NCBI GenBank assembly: GCA_001949185.1
Contig: BDGG01000002.1
Location: 6,376,448-6,440,447 of the forward strand
Length of the DNA: 64,000 nucleotides
Direction of reading: 5' to 3'
DNA from: Ramazzottius varieornatus
Lineage: Eukaryota > Animalia > Tardigrada
Numbering within the stretch: the stretch's first letter is position 1; each line of letters begins with the position of its first letter. A program made the position numbers and the translations under genes. Of the stretch, positions 1 through 12,000 are shown in pieces. A model generated the notes under the pieces. The model ran no database searches and had not been told where the DNA came from. It saw only the letters and a list, made by a program, of their open reading frames with translations.

Positions 1-3000
1 TTCTTGGGGTGTAGAACGTTTAACTTCCGGTTTGCCTGGTGCCGATGGGGCAGCTTCTGTAACGACAATTACTTCATACTCTGAAAGGAATATTCAATGA
101 AAGAGGATTCTTACGTACCGGTTGGCTGTTTCGGTGAGATCTTTGTCAGCTCGACAGGTTCACTGGTACCATCGGCGTTGACAGCGGTAAGCCGAAAGTC
201 GTACTGTGTGTCCTCTTTCAAGTCCGTCGCAGTGGCTTGCAAGTCTTCTGTCTCAGCCACCTTTGAGTACTTCTTTTGGCTTGACGGCTTCTGTTCCAAT
301 ATGTAACGCTCGGCAGGAGCAGTATCTTCGGAAGTTGGCGCGGTCCATCCCAGCACGACCTCTTTAGGCGAAGTCTCGATGACGTGGAAGTTTTGAGGAG
401 CGAGTGGTGCGCCAGATGGCTTCGTTGCTTTTGCATCGGCTTCCTTGACTTGAGTGGGCGTTTCGGTGTCGGTGGCAACAGGTGTTACTCCAACCCGGAA
501 CATATCAGACGGTTCGCTGGGCTGACTTTCGCCGGCTGGGTTCTTGGCCGTGACAACTGCTTCGTACTCGACGTCATCCGCTAAGCCAGTAACCGTATGC
601 GTGGTGGCCTTGGTGGCTTCCTTTGTGACTTTGCGCCATCTCTTGGTATCTTTCTCCCGTACAGATATGTCATAGTCATTATCAGGCGCACCGGAAGTCT
701 CATCAGTAGGACCGGGTTGCCACTCGAGGGTAACGCCCGTTGGAAGGTTCTTGGTCACAACGGGCTTTGTGGGAGCCGATGGTGCATCTGTAAGCAACAA
801 CCATGATTACTTCAACATGCACAAATTCAGGATGTGCAGTCATTTTCATCTCGATCATACCATAAGAAAACTGGGCAACAACGTTAGCGATTTCGGCGGG
901 TTCGCTTTTGCCATCCGTTGTTTGAGCTGTGACGCGGAAGTCATAGGAAGAGCCCTCAATCAAGTTTTCCACGGTAGCTTGGGTCTCCGTAGTTTCGAGA
1001 GCCTTCTGCCAGACCTTTCTCTCGGAGCGCTTCTTTTCAACCTCATATCCAACGACTGGACGACCACCATCGCTCTCCGGCACGTCCCATGCCAAGTCGA
1101 CTGCGTCGGGAGTTGTCCGAACCACGTGGAGCTGCTCCGGTTTTGACAGTGGACCTGAAACTAACATAACTAATTGGTACTATCGTATGCTAATGACTAC
1201 ATACTACATACGAGGAACGCATTCCTGCAGGGATATCCATTTGGACGTTTTTTCCCGCATTCCAGCTGTGATTACGGTCTTATAATCGGTATTCCCAACC
1301 GCCGAAAAGAATGATCAAAGCAGAAAACCCTGCAGGGATGCATTTCCTGCATTGTATTAACAGCTACTCATAAGTAAGAGGACTGACCTTTTGGCTGCTC
1401 AGTCGGTTCATCCCGAACAACGTCGCCGGTACCAACTTCCGCGGAAGATTCTGAAATATAAACTTAAACGTTAGCTTAGATTACTCATGCTGGAGTATTA
1501 ACTCCGTTACTGCGCTGCATCAACAATCTGGAAAAACACCGAATACTTTAACGTCACCGACAATATAAAGTGAACAGCAGCAACAAACACTCAAGACGTT
1601 GCCGGTTAGGCACAGTGTTCGGTAGCACCGGAAGCAACAGGACTCACCACGCCAAATCAAGTAAGAAGTGAAGCCTTAATTGAAGCCGGCAATGTATCAG
1701 CGAATATGTTAGCTAAACCACGTTGGCGGCAACATAACAAATTACGGTTAGAGTTACGAAACCTGAAGATCGCTGGTTGAGAGGCGTTAGATCGGAAGGA
1801 CGCGGAAGAGAACCTTCCCGAGATGACCAGTGTTAACTTTGCGTTAGAAGCTTTAATAATGCTGCCTACGAAGACTCGTTCAGCGGAAGCACCTTGAGAT
1901 CGCAAACTGTCACTGCCTAAGGATAATGGTTTTACCGGTGAGGGTAGGTTCGAGAGGGTATCGTTCGGGTTCTCTGTCATCACTCTCCATGTCTTCAGTC
2001 TCGTCTGTGGCTTTCGTAGTTTCAGTCGTCGTCTTGGTCGCAGTTGTTGTTTTCTTTGTTGTTTTCTTAACTTTCTTCGTTGCGATAGGTTCAGGATTCT
2101 TTACCACCACTGACTCGGACGGTGCACTTTCGCCCACTTCATTCTGCGAGATCACTCTGACTTCTTTTTTGACTTCACCTTCATCAAATGGTACTTCGAA
2201 AGTATGCTGGTCCGATGAAACTTCCGCAATCTTTTTCCAAGTCGTCTGTTCTTCGGTTCGTTCTTCGATCACAAAAGTTTCAGCGCGAGAAGAGGTATCG
2301 GGCTTTTTAGGCTCGATCCACTTGATCGTCTGAACGTCCTCTGCTTCCACAACATCGACGATGGATGGCTTGGCCGGTTTATCTGATGGCATCTGCGCTT
2401 CTGGACTTTCCTCTTCCCTTGCCTTCTCCTCGTCTGTCTTTGTCTCGGTCGTAGTCTTGGTAGTGGTAGTCGTTTTCTTTGTAGTCTTCTTGGTCTTTTT
2501 CACTGTGGATGATTCGGGGTTCGTGACGGACACAGGTTCAGAAGGCGCACTCTCGCCGACTTCATTCGTCGAGATGACTCGGACTTCCTTGTCGACCTGA
2601 CCTTCGTCAAACGGTACTTCGAACGTATCTTGTTCGGCAGGGACCTCTGCGATTTTCTTCCAAGATGGCTTCTCTTCGCTTCGTTCTTCGATCACAAAGG
2701 TTTCAACGCGGGAAGAAGTATCGGCTTTCTTCGGTTCGGTCCACTTGATTGTCTGAACGTCCTTAGCCTCCACAACGTCGACTATGGAGGGCTTCGCTGG
2801 AGCTTCCACTGGAGGTTTTTCTTTATCTTCCTCTATTTCGGTCTTGGTGGTAGTTGTGGTGGTCTTTGTGGTCTTTTTGACGATTTTTGTGGATTTCTTG
2901 GCGGTGGTTGGCATTTCCGGGTTTTCAACAACGACAGGTTTGGACGGCTTACTCTGACCGGCTTCGGTAACAGCAACGACGCGGATATCTTTAGTATCCT

Positions 3001-6000
3001 CTTCGGGAAGGAATGTGACATCGAAAGACTCTTTATCTGGAGATACACTGGCCACTCTTTGCCAACTTCGTTCGGTTTCAGTTCGTTCTTCGATCACGTA
3101 TTTCTCAACGGCGTCTGCCTTCTTAGCTTTTGGTGCTTCCCATTTGATCGTTTTCACGTTCTTGGTTTCGGCAACCTCGACGATCGTCGGCACATCGGTC
3201 GTGCTTCCGACCACGACACTTTCCGGAAGGGTTGTTGACTCGCCCTTCCCATGCTCATTCTGCGGAGTCACTCTGAAGTCGTAGGCTTTACCTTCTTCCA
3301 GGTTCTCCACCTGAACAGCGCTTTGCTTTGTCGTAACGACTTTCGTCCACTTGTGAGTTTCCTCGGTGCGTTGCTCCACGATGTAGGAAGTTTCGGGAGC
3401 GGCGGGTTCCTAAACATAAAAATGTAGTCCATCAGTCCAGAGGTTGATACGGCGCTCGAGCAGAGCAAGAAATCGGATTAGCGTAGGAATGAGGCAGTTG
3501 AAAGGGAGCACGTGGGCGGAGCCGAACCGACTGAACCCACTAATGTGCTCGGTGCTCAATTCCCGAGTCAGGCATATGGGCCGTTACTCGAGTGCGTAAT
3601 AAATCCGAGTAACGTTCTAACTAGGCTTTTCTGTGGGTATTTCTTCCCAAAAGTTTTTCAAAACCTCAGATTTGCTTTCAAGACGTCCCACCGAGGTGCC
3701 AACTGCCCGTCTAACTCCATCTTTCAGGGTTTAACGTCGGTTATTAATTATTCGTCAAACTGTACCAACGACTGCATGCTTGACTGTGACTTTGACAACC
3801 TACAAAACAACGAAAGTCTCAGTTTGACTGTGGGTGTAACTGTGGCTTTCGAAAATTGGATGAGACTGCAACTTCAACTGTGACTTTTGCCACAATACGA
3901 ACTGTGTCTCTAACTGTGGCTTTTGCCACTTTCTGGATTTTACTTTGCCTTTAACTGCTGCTTTTCGTATCAAGGTTCACTTGAGCTTTAAGCAGTCGGA
4001 ACTGGACATCACTTTTTCCGTTGCTGTATCAGAACTGAAAACTTCGTGTGATTTGACATCGCATCTTACCGAAAAGTCAGTAATTACGAAAATTGATGGA
4101 GGTTTTGCAAAACCTTCCGAAGAAGTTACGCTAATCGGCTGGATCGCGTGGCGGGTCTCAACCTCAGCCGATTAGAGTAAGGAATGGGAGGGGCCACAGT
4201 CTTACGCTACTCGGATTTCTTGCGCTGCTAGAGTTCCGTATCAACCTCTCTAGTGAGACTCACGCAGCTTAGATTTTGCACTAAGCATTTAGCAAAAAGC
4301 AATAAATAAACATTGCAAACAAAATTTTGAAATCAAACAAAAAACACGGTGCCTACCCAAGAAAGCTCGACAGTTGAGTCGTCGACAGAGGTCGCTGTGA
4401 GGTTGGAAGGAGCTTCCGGTGTCTCTTTGTGCATAGACTTCTCGATATTCTTCACCGTGACCGGTTCGCTAGGCTTGCTAGTGCCCTTTGGACCAACAGC
4501 AATGACTCGCATCTCCTTCTCCTTTTCGTTGGCTTCAAAGGGAACTTCAAAGTCCGTTTGCTCGACCGGAAGTTCCGCGACCTTGTGCCAATCAGGGTTC
4601 GTCTCGGACCGCTCTTCCACCCGGATGTTCAGGATGGGTTTCTTTTCGGTTATGTTCGGCGCAGTCCACTCGAGAACTGGAGCCTGCCCCTCTTCGGTCG
4701 TAACGTGGACGTCAGATGGCGCTTCAACTGGTGCTACTTCGACCGGCTCAGCTGTCACAGTCGGCTTGCCCTCTCCGAGCTTACTTTTGGGCGTTACGCG
4801 GAACTCCAGGTTGTCGCCTTCCGTTAGTTCAGTTACTTCAATCTCGGTAGCGGTGGTACTTGTTACTTTCGTCCAGAGGCGCTTGCCCGGCTGTCGTTTC
4901 TCAACCACATATTCGAGAGGCTTGGCTTGCTTGGCATCAGCAGGCTCTTCCCATGAAAGTGTTATGGTAGAATCGGTAACTTCCGTGACTTCGAGATTCT
5001 CGACTGGCGCTTCCGGTTTCTTCGGTTTTCGGACTGGCTCAGGGTTTTTGACGGTAACCACCTGACTTGGAAGACTTTCGCCCACATCGTTGACGGTGAT
5101 GAGGCGGATGTCTTTCTCCTTCTCGTAGTCCTCAAATGGCACTTCGAAGCTTTCTTGATTACCTATCGAGAAACGATACCATTTCTGTAATGCTCTTCTT
5201 TCGCAATTTTTCGTGGGTTGTTTTACCTTCAAGAGTGGCTATGTCGTGCCATTTGGGTTGATCAGCAGTTCGCTCCTGTACAACAATCTTTTCAAGTTCG
5301 CCCCAACCGGTTTTGGGACCTTCTTCCGGCTTTTTCCATTCCACCGTCGGAATCTTCTTGGTGAAAGCGGTACGCACGGGAGCAAGAGGTTCGGGAAGGG
5401 CGTGAGTGTGGACATCCGGAATGACAGAGGGCGTGCCTGAGCCAACCGAGTTTTGGGGCGTAACGCGGAACTCGTACAGCTCTCCTTCCTGGAGGTCCGG
5501 AATATCGACTTCGGTCGCTGTCGTGGTCGTCACTTCGGACCACACTTTGCGTCCCGACTTCCGCTTTTCCACAACGAACTCGACCTCCTCGGCAGACGTT
5601 TCGGTTGGAGCTTCCCATTCCAGGTGGACACTAGTGTCCGTCACTGATGTGACTTCGACGGTGCCCGGCAATGCAGATGGCGCTGTGACTGTAAAATCAC
5701 CAGATTGGAAAAGGCTACCTTTAAGAGCTTTGCTGATAGCATTGTTATTAGAAATAGGAACAGTTCGTGTTAGAAGCAGTTCTTACCTTTAATCGGCTTT
5801 TTTGCAGGCGGACTCGTTCCTCGCACAGCCTGAGACTCGGCCTTGGGAATGACCTCTTCCTCCTCGGCTTCCGGTTGGTCTTCGGGTACTTCATCCGGTA
5901 CGCCGCGCTGTGGTTTGTCCGTTGCTTGTTGGCCAGCCTTCTTACTTTGGGTGTGGGTTTTGGTAGTAGTAGTCTTCTTTGTAACAATCTCCACGATCTC

Positions 6001-9000
6001 GCTGTACTCTTCTTCCGTTACAGCTTCTTCATCTGGCTCCACCCGCTCTTCAGTCACCGTGGTAGTCGTGGTTGTCGCGACTGTTGATTCCTGTTTTGGC
6101 TTAGGCTTGGCAGGTTGCTCCGCAGGTTTCTCGGCTACCAGTACAGGCTTCGATATTTCCTCCTCTTCATCCGGTTGTTCTTCCGGTACTTCACTGGAGA
6201 CACCTTTTTCTGGCTTGTCTATCGATTCTTGGCCCGCCTTCTTACTTTCTTTTTGGGTCATGGTAGTAGTAGTCTTCTTTGTGATGATCTCCACTATTTC
6301 ACTGCATTCTTCCTCTTCGACATCCTCTTCGTCAGGTCGTATCGTTTCTTTGGTTTCGGTCGTAGTTGTGATCCCAACCCTGGTTTCTTCCTTGGGTCTA
6401 ACCGGCTTACTAGTTTCTTCAGCGGTCTCGGGAGCTTCGTCGGTCTCCGGCTTCTCCGGTAGCTTTTTACTTTTCGTGTCTTTGGTGGTCGTGGTGGTTT
6501 CCACACCTTCAGTCTCGATCTCTTCCACATTGCTTTCAACGCCGCGTTTTGATTCAGTGGCCTTCTTCGTTGCAATCTTTTTGTCAGGCTTCTCCGTAGC
6601 TTCTGTTGGTTTCTTTCTTTCTGGGCCTACTTCCACTTCGGTCACGTCTATGCTCGTTTCTTTTTCCTGTACGGACAGTTCTCGTGCATCCGTGATCCGT
6701 GCGTCACCTCTATCCCGGTCCGATTTCTTCGTCTTAACAGTGGTGGTCTCAACGACTTCGACTGTTTCTTCCTCTACTTGCTCGTCCCTCGACACATCCA
6801 GAACCTTTGGCTTCTCGTCTACCGGCTTGCCTATAGAAGTATAACAAATAAAGAAAAGATATCTCCTCACGTCATGTTACTCTAGGTAACGTGATATGGG
6901 TGATGGCAGATTATATCATTACGTTTCGCTGCTTGAGGTCGTGGAGTTTCTTCCTCCTTGGGTACTTTCTTGGGCGCAACCTCCTGTTCTTCCTCTTCAT
7001 CCGGCTCCTGGTGACTCTTGACCTCCGACATCGCTGTACATTTCATTTCCATGGTTCGTTCTTCCAGTTCGGGAACGTCCTCCTGAGTTCCATCGGGTTT
7101 TCGTCGTCGGACTTGTTTTAGCTTTTCCACGGTCTCCTCGACCACACCCTCTTCTTTGTCGGTTAGTGCAAGCATTTCCTTTTCGGACATGATCTGCTTG
7201 GAAGAGATAGGTTCATTCTTTTCGACGTAGTGCTTGCCGGCTTCATCTTGGCTGTACTCGATGCGCTTGATGTTACCCGTGGTGATGGCCTGCACTCCTT
7301 GGTCTTCGGCAGTGGCGACCGTGGTCTTGTAAGTCTGTTGCATTGTCGCTTTTGTTTCCGGCTCCTTACCCGTTTCCTGAAGGGTTTCCATCTCCCATTC
7401 TTCGGTGAACTCCTCAACGGTAGTTTTAACTGCGGTAACAACATATCATTTCACTACATTGACGACGTGCGTACTTAAGCCAATCGATTGAACAAACATG
7501 TACCGGTATCATAGCCTTCCAAGTCCAGTTCTTTCCCAGTTTTAGCATCGTACATCTTTCCATCTCGCTCTTCGACTTCAATCTCCGTCTTTCCTCCTTC
7601 TTCGTCCTCGATCACCCAGATCTCGACCGGCTTTTCAACAACGGTCTTGGTCACGGCTTCTGTACCGACTTCGGCGACCTCTGTCACCTTTTGGTCGCTG
7701 GTCATATCAGGCTCCTTTGTCATTCGCGTTCGTTTCGTCTTGATTGTCACCTCCTCCACCGTACCTTCCTCCGTCACCCGTTGCTCCGTGGCGCGTCTCA
7801 CATCACTTTCAACTACGGCACCCTCCATTGCGTCTATGGGATAGGGAAGCGGTAGGATACAGGGCACAGTCAAAGGTACAATAATTTCTTGGAATGAAAA
7901 AGGAAAGGGTTAGTGTACCATGCGATGGAGAACAAAATCCCTTAAAATATATTCCACCACTAATCGCTGGATGATTCCTAACTTAAACTTGTAAATAAAA
8001 TGAGGCAAAGTACCTGACGACAGCAAGGGTTCGTCCCTCCTCACCGGAACGACCTGACCTGGTGTTTTCCTAACCTCAGCAGCCTCACAAACAGGACGGA
8101 TTTTGCCTGTCTTTCCTTCTGGACGATCGGGAGTCAAAGCGGAAGTTGCCTCCTCCTTCGGAAAGAGTGTCGGTATATCTGACGTTGCCTCATGCATATC
8201 AGGCGACTCTTCGTCGGCATATGTCTGCTTGGGTCTTCGCGTTGGTTTAGGCTTTTCCGCCGGTCGGGTCGGAGTGGCTTTCTCCTCTGGTGCCGTGGCC
8301 CAGAAGTCTTCCGCCTCTTCTTCTTCTTCTCCCTCCTCCTCCTCCGGCGCGGTCTGTTCAGCAGAGCCCGATTCTGGAACAGCGGTTTTGGTAATCGTGG
8401 TGGTCTGTTCAGTTGTCTGCTTGACTTTTCTGGGTTTTGGCTTCTCGGCCACTTCCTCGTCTGGCAAGACCGCAGTGGACTCGACGCTTGTTCCAATATC
8501 AGCTTCTTCTATTTCGGTCACATCTTCACGGCCAGGCTTTTCAGTTGTCGGTTCAACAACTAGTTTTTCTTGCTTGGGAGTATGATTTCTGGACGTGCTC
8601 TTTTCGGGACTAGACGCCCAGAAGTCTTCAACCTCTTCGTCATCGATCTGGGTCTCTTCGTCATCCTCCGGCTCGGTCTTGGTACCAGACTGACGTTCTT
8701 CGCCGACGACGGTTTTAACGACTGTTGTGGTCTCTTCTATTGTTTGCTTACTCGTTCTTGTTTTGGGCTTCTCAATCACTTCCTCATCTGGGAAGACTGA
8801 AGAAGACTCAACACTTGTCCCAACTGCAGACTCCTCTATTTCCGCTGCGTCTTCGTACATGGGTTTCTTGGCCGACGGTTTCACTTCCGGCTTCTCTTGC
8901 TTTGGAACAGGCTTTACGATAGGCCTTTTTTCCGGTGCCGAACCCCAGAAATCTTCAACTTCCTCCTCCTCCATATTTTCCTCGTTAGGTGCGACATTGT

Positions 9001-12000
9001 CAGCGAGTCGTGCTTCTTCTCTCACCACTGTTTTAGTGACGGTCGTGGTCTGCTCGGTCTTCTGTTTGGTTGTCTGTGCTTTCGGCTTTTCAATCACTTC
9101 CTCAACTGGGAAAACCGAAGTAGACTCAACGTATGCTCCGACTGAGACCTCTTCCACTGCTGCGACGTCCTCTTTGACGGCCTCCTCCGTTACCGTCACC
9201 GGCTTTGTCTCAGTATCTTCTGGCACGGGTTTGGTCTTCGCAGGTTGCTTCGGCTGAGTAACATCCTGTGTAGTCACGGATGCCCAGAAGTCATCCTCCA
9301 GTTCTACGGGTACTTGATCCAGCGGTTCCTCCGGCTCAGCCACTTCCGCCTTTCTTGTCGTTGTTTGGGTAGTTACAGTCTCAGTGCGTGGTCGTTTGGT
9401 GCCATCTGAAGAGGTGACGGTTTTTGTCGTGGTGGTTACCACCTCTTCCACAACCGACCCCTCAATCTCTTCTTCTTCATCCCGAGGAACCACATTTGCT
9501 CTGGCCGGAGTTTGCTGACTGACCGACGGTTTCTTTGTAGGCTTATCTGACTCAACTGTTCGAGTGACTTTCTTGGTCACAACTTCCACCGTCTCCTCCT
9601 CGACCATCTCTTCGTCCGGGTGAAGTTCGCGCTCATCTGAAGCTAAGCCCACTTCGGCGCTATCTATGACGTTGGACTTTTCGGCCAAATGCTTTTCTGT
9701 CGTATTCTCATCTTGCTGTGGTCTTGACCGTCGGTCAAGTTTCTGCTTCGGCTTGTCTTCTTGTGTGTTAATCGTCGAGGTTTCGGATTCTTGTTGAGTA
9801 GCAAACGCTGGTGTCGAAATGCTGGGTTGTTGTTTCACAGTCTTGGTGGTCTTCGTGGTAGTAGTTGTAACTTCCTCGATATACTCACTAACCGCTTCCT
9901 CGTCGGTCTCTTCATCAGGAACCAGCTCACGTTGTTTCGAAGTCAATGCCACTTCTGAAGAATCCACGACGTTGACAGCTTCACCTATCGGCATCTTTCG
10001 CTCAGGCTGTTCCGCGATCTTTTCGTCCTTCTGTGGTCGCGTCCGTTTCTCAGCCTTCGGCTTTGGTCTTTCTTCTTCCGTGTTGACTGCTGAAGTTTCT
10101 ACTTCGTGCTGCGTCACCGAAACCGTCGGTTGCTGTTTTACGGTCTTGGTTGTCGTTGTGGTGGTAGTTGTGACTTCTTCGATGTACTCACTGAGCGCCT
10201 CCTCGTCAGCGTCTTCGTCAGGGACCAGCTCGCGTTGTCTCGACGTTAGTCCTACTTCTGAAGTATCCGCGGCGTTGACAGTCCCGTTCGTCGGTCTCCC
10301 AGTTTCGTCGTCCTTCTGCGGTCTTGCCCTCCCTTCGGGTTTAGGCTTCGGCTGCGACTGTTCCGTGGTTGCCGCTGAAGTTTCCGCGTTTTGAGTGTCG
10401 GCTGTCGGTGCCGTAACACTAGGCTGCTGTTTTACCGTCTTGGTGGTTGTCGTGGTGGTGGTTGTGACTTCTTCAATGTACTCACTCACTGCTTCCTCAT
10501 CGGTCTCATTCTCAGCGGCCGGCTTCGGTTTGAGACCATCAGCAACGGTGCGAGTTGTTTTGGTGACGACTTCTGTGGTCTTCTCCATAGCGTCATCTTC
10601 TGGTTGTTGTATCTCTTCTGGTCGAGGTCCACGCTGGGGTTCTTCCGGTTTCATCGAGCCTTTGTGGGCCTCAGTCTCGGGCTTTCTCGCTTTCGACGTA
10701 ACTGTGTCTGTCTGGACGGGTTGCACGATTTCGCTGCGTTCTTCTTCCTCGATATCCACAGTGTCCACTGCAGCTGCAGGTCGAGGCGTAATTGTTACTT
10801 TCGGCTTTTTGACTTGCTCGCCTTTTGCTTCTTGTGGCTGCTTAGGACGCGCTGGTCTCGATGCTTCTTCTTCAGTCGCGGTAGACTCCCTCTCTTCTAC
10901 GGTGAAATGTTGTCGAGCGACCTCTTCGGCATCGCCTCTGTCGGGCGATCGGTGCTTGTTAGGTTGTTCGTCGGCAGAATGACCTTCCTCTGCGTGCTGG
11001 GGAGCGACCCGTTTACGCTGGGTGGTGGTGGTCTTTGTAACGGTCTCGACTATGACGCTTTCTTCGATTTCCGAGATGTCCTCATCGCTTGCTCCTTCTT
11101 CGTCATCTACAGTAATTTCCCGAAACGAACGAACTTCCCTTTCCGATGTCTGGGTGACGAATGGGCGTGAGCGCTCTTGCAGTTGGTCTTTCGTCTTTGG
11201 CTTCTTCTTTTCTGGTTCGGTTGTCATATCTCGGGTCCCTACGAAAGTACAAGGTTTGTACCATAACAAGGCGACAGATATCGACGAATCCAAACATTTG
11301 TGATTCCTCTCGACGGTTCGATCTATTTTATCATTCATGTGATAAGTCCGCTTATAGTCAAACTTTTACTGTGGGAATGGAAAGAGCTGGCAGAGCGGCT
11401 TTTTACTGGTGTATCTTGATGGAACTTACCTATCACATCGACCCCGATAGTGATGACGTCTGCACCAGTGGAAGATTCCGCCGTAATTCTGTACGTCCCA
11501 GCATCTTCCATTGCAACCTGGTCGATCTTCATCGTGATGGTCTTTTCATCCGCAGTGACGGCGATGTGTTTCTCTTTGATACCAACAGGTATGTCGTCAC
11601 GGTACACCGAAACCGCCGGAACGGTTTGTTGGTTATGGGAAACCGTAATACTGACAGCATCGGCTTCGTGTACTTCGATGTGCTTCTCCGGTAGCTCTGG
11701 TTTTCTCTGAGTCCTTTCGTCGCTGACATCTTTTCGATCTGTTTGGAAATAAGACGACGTTCATTTCCGGTCATCCCGCAAAGTTTCTTGCGCGACAGGC
11801 GGCACCACTAACGTTAGAACACGGCGGCTTGAACACTGAACGGCGATGGACGGCAAAGTGACGACAATAACGAATCTCGATATGACAGAAGCACGAGAAA
11901 ACCTTGATAAGAGACAACAACGCGAAACGACGCACTGAAGAATGTAAAGATGAATGAAAGAAAAGCGACGGATAAGTTGTCAAAAATAAGGCGGCAAGTG

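Noticed and set aside
1926-11303. Many long Ser/Val-rich + strand ORFs overlapping the giant gene
   Set aside because: Antisense shadows of the E/T/K-rich coding strand; no independent splice or domain evidence.
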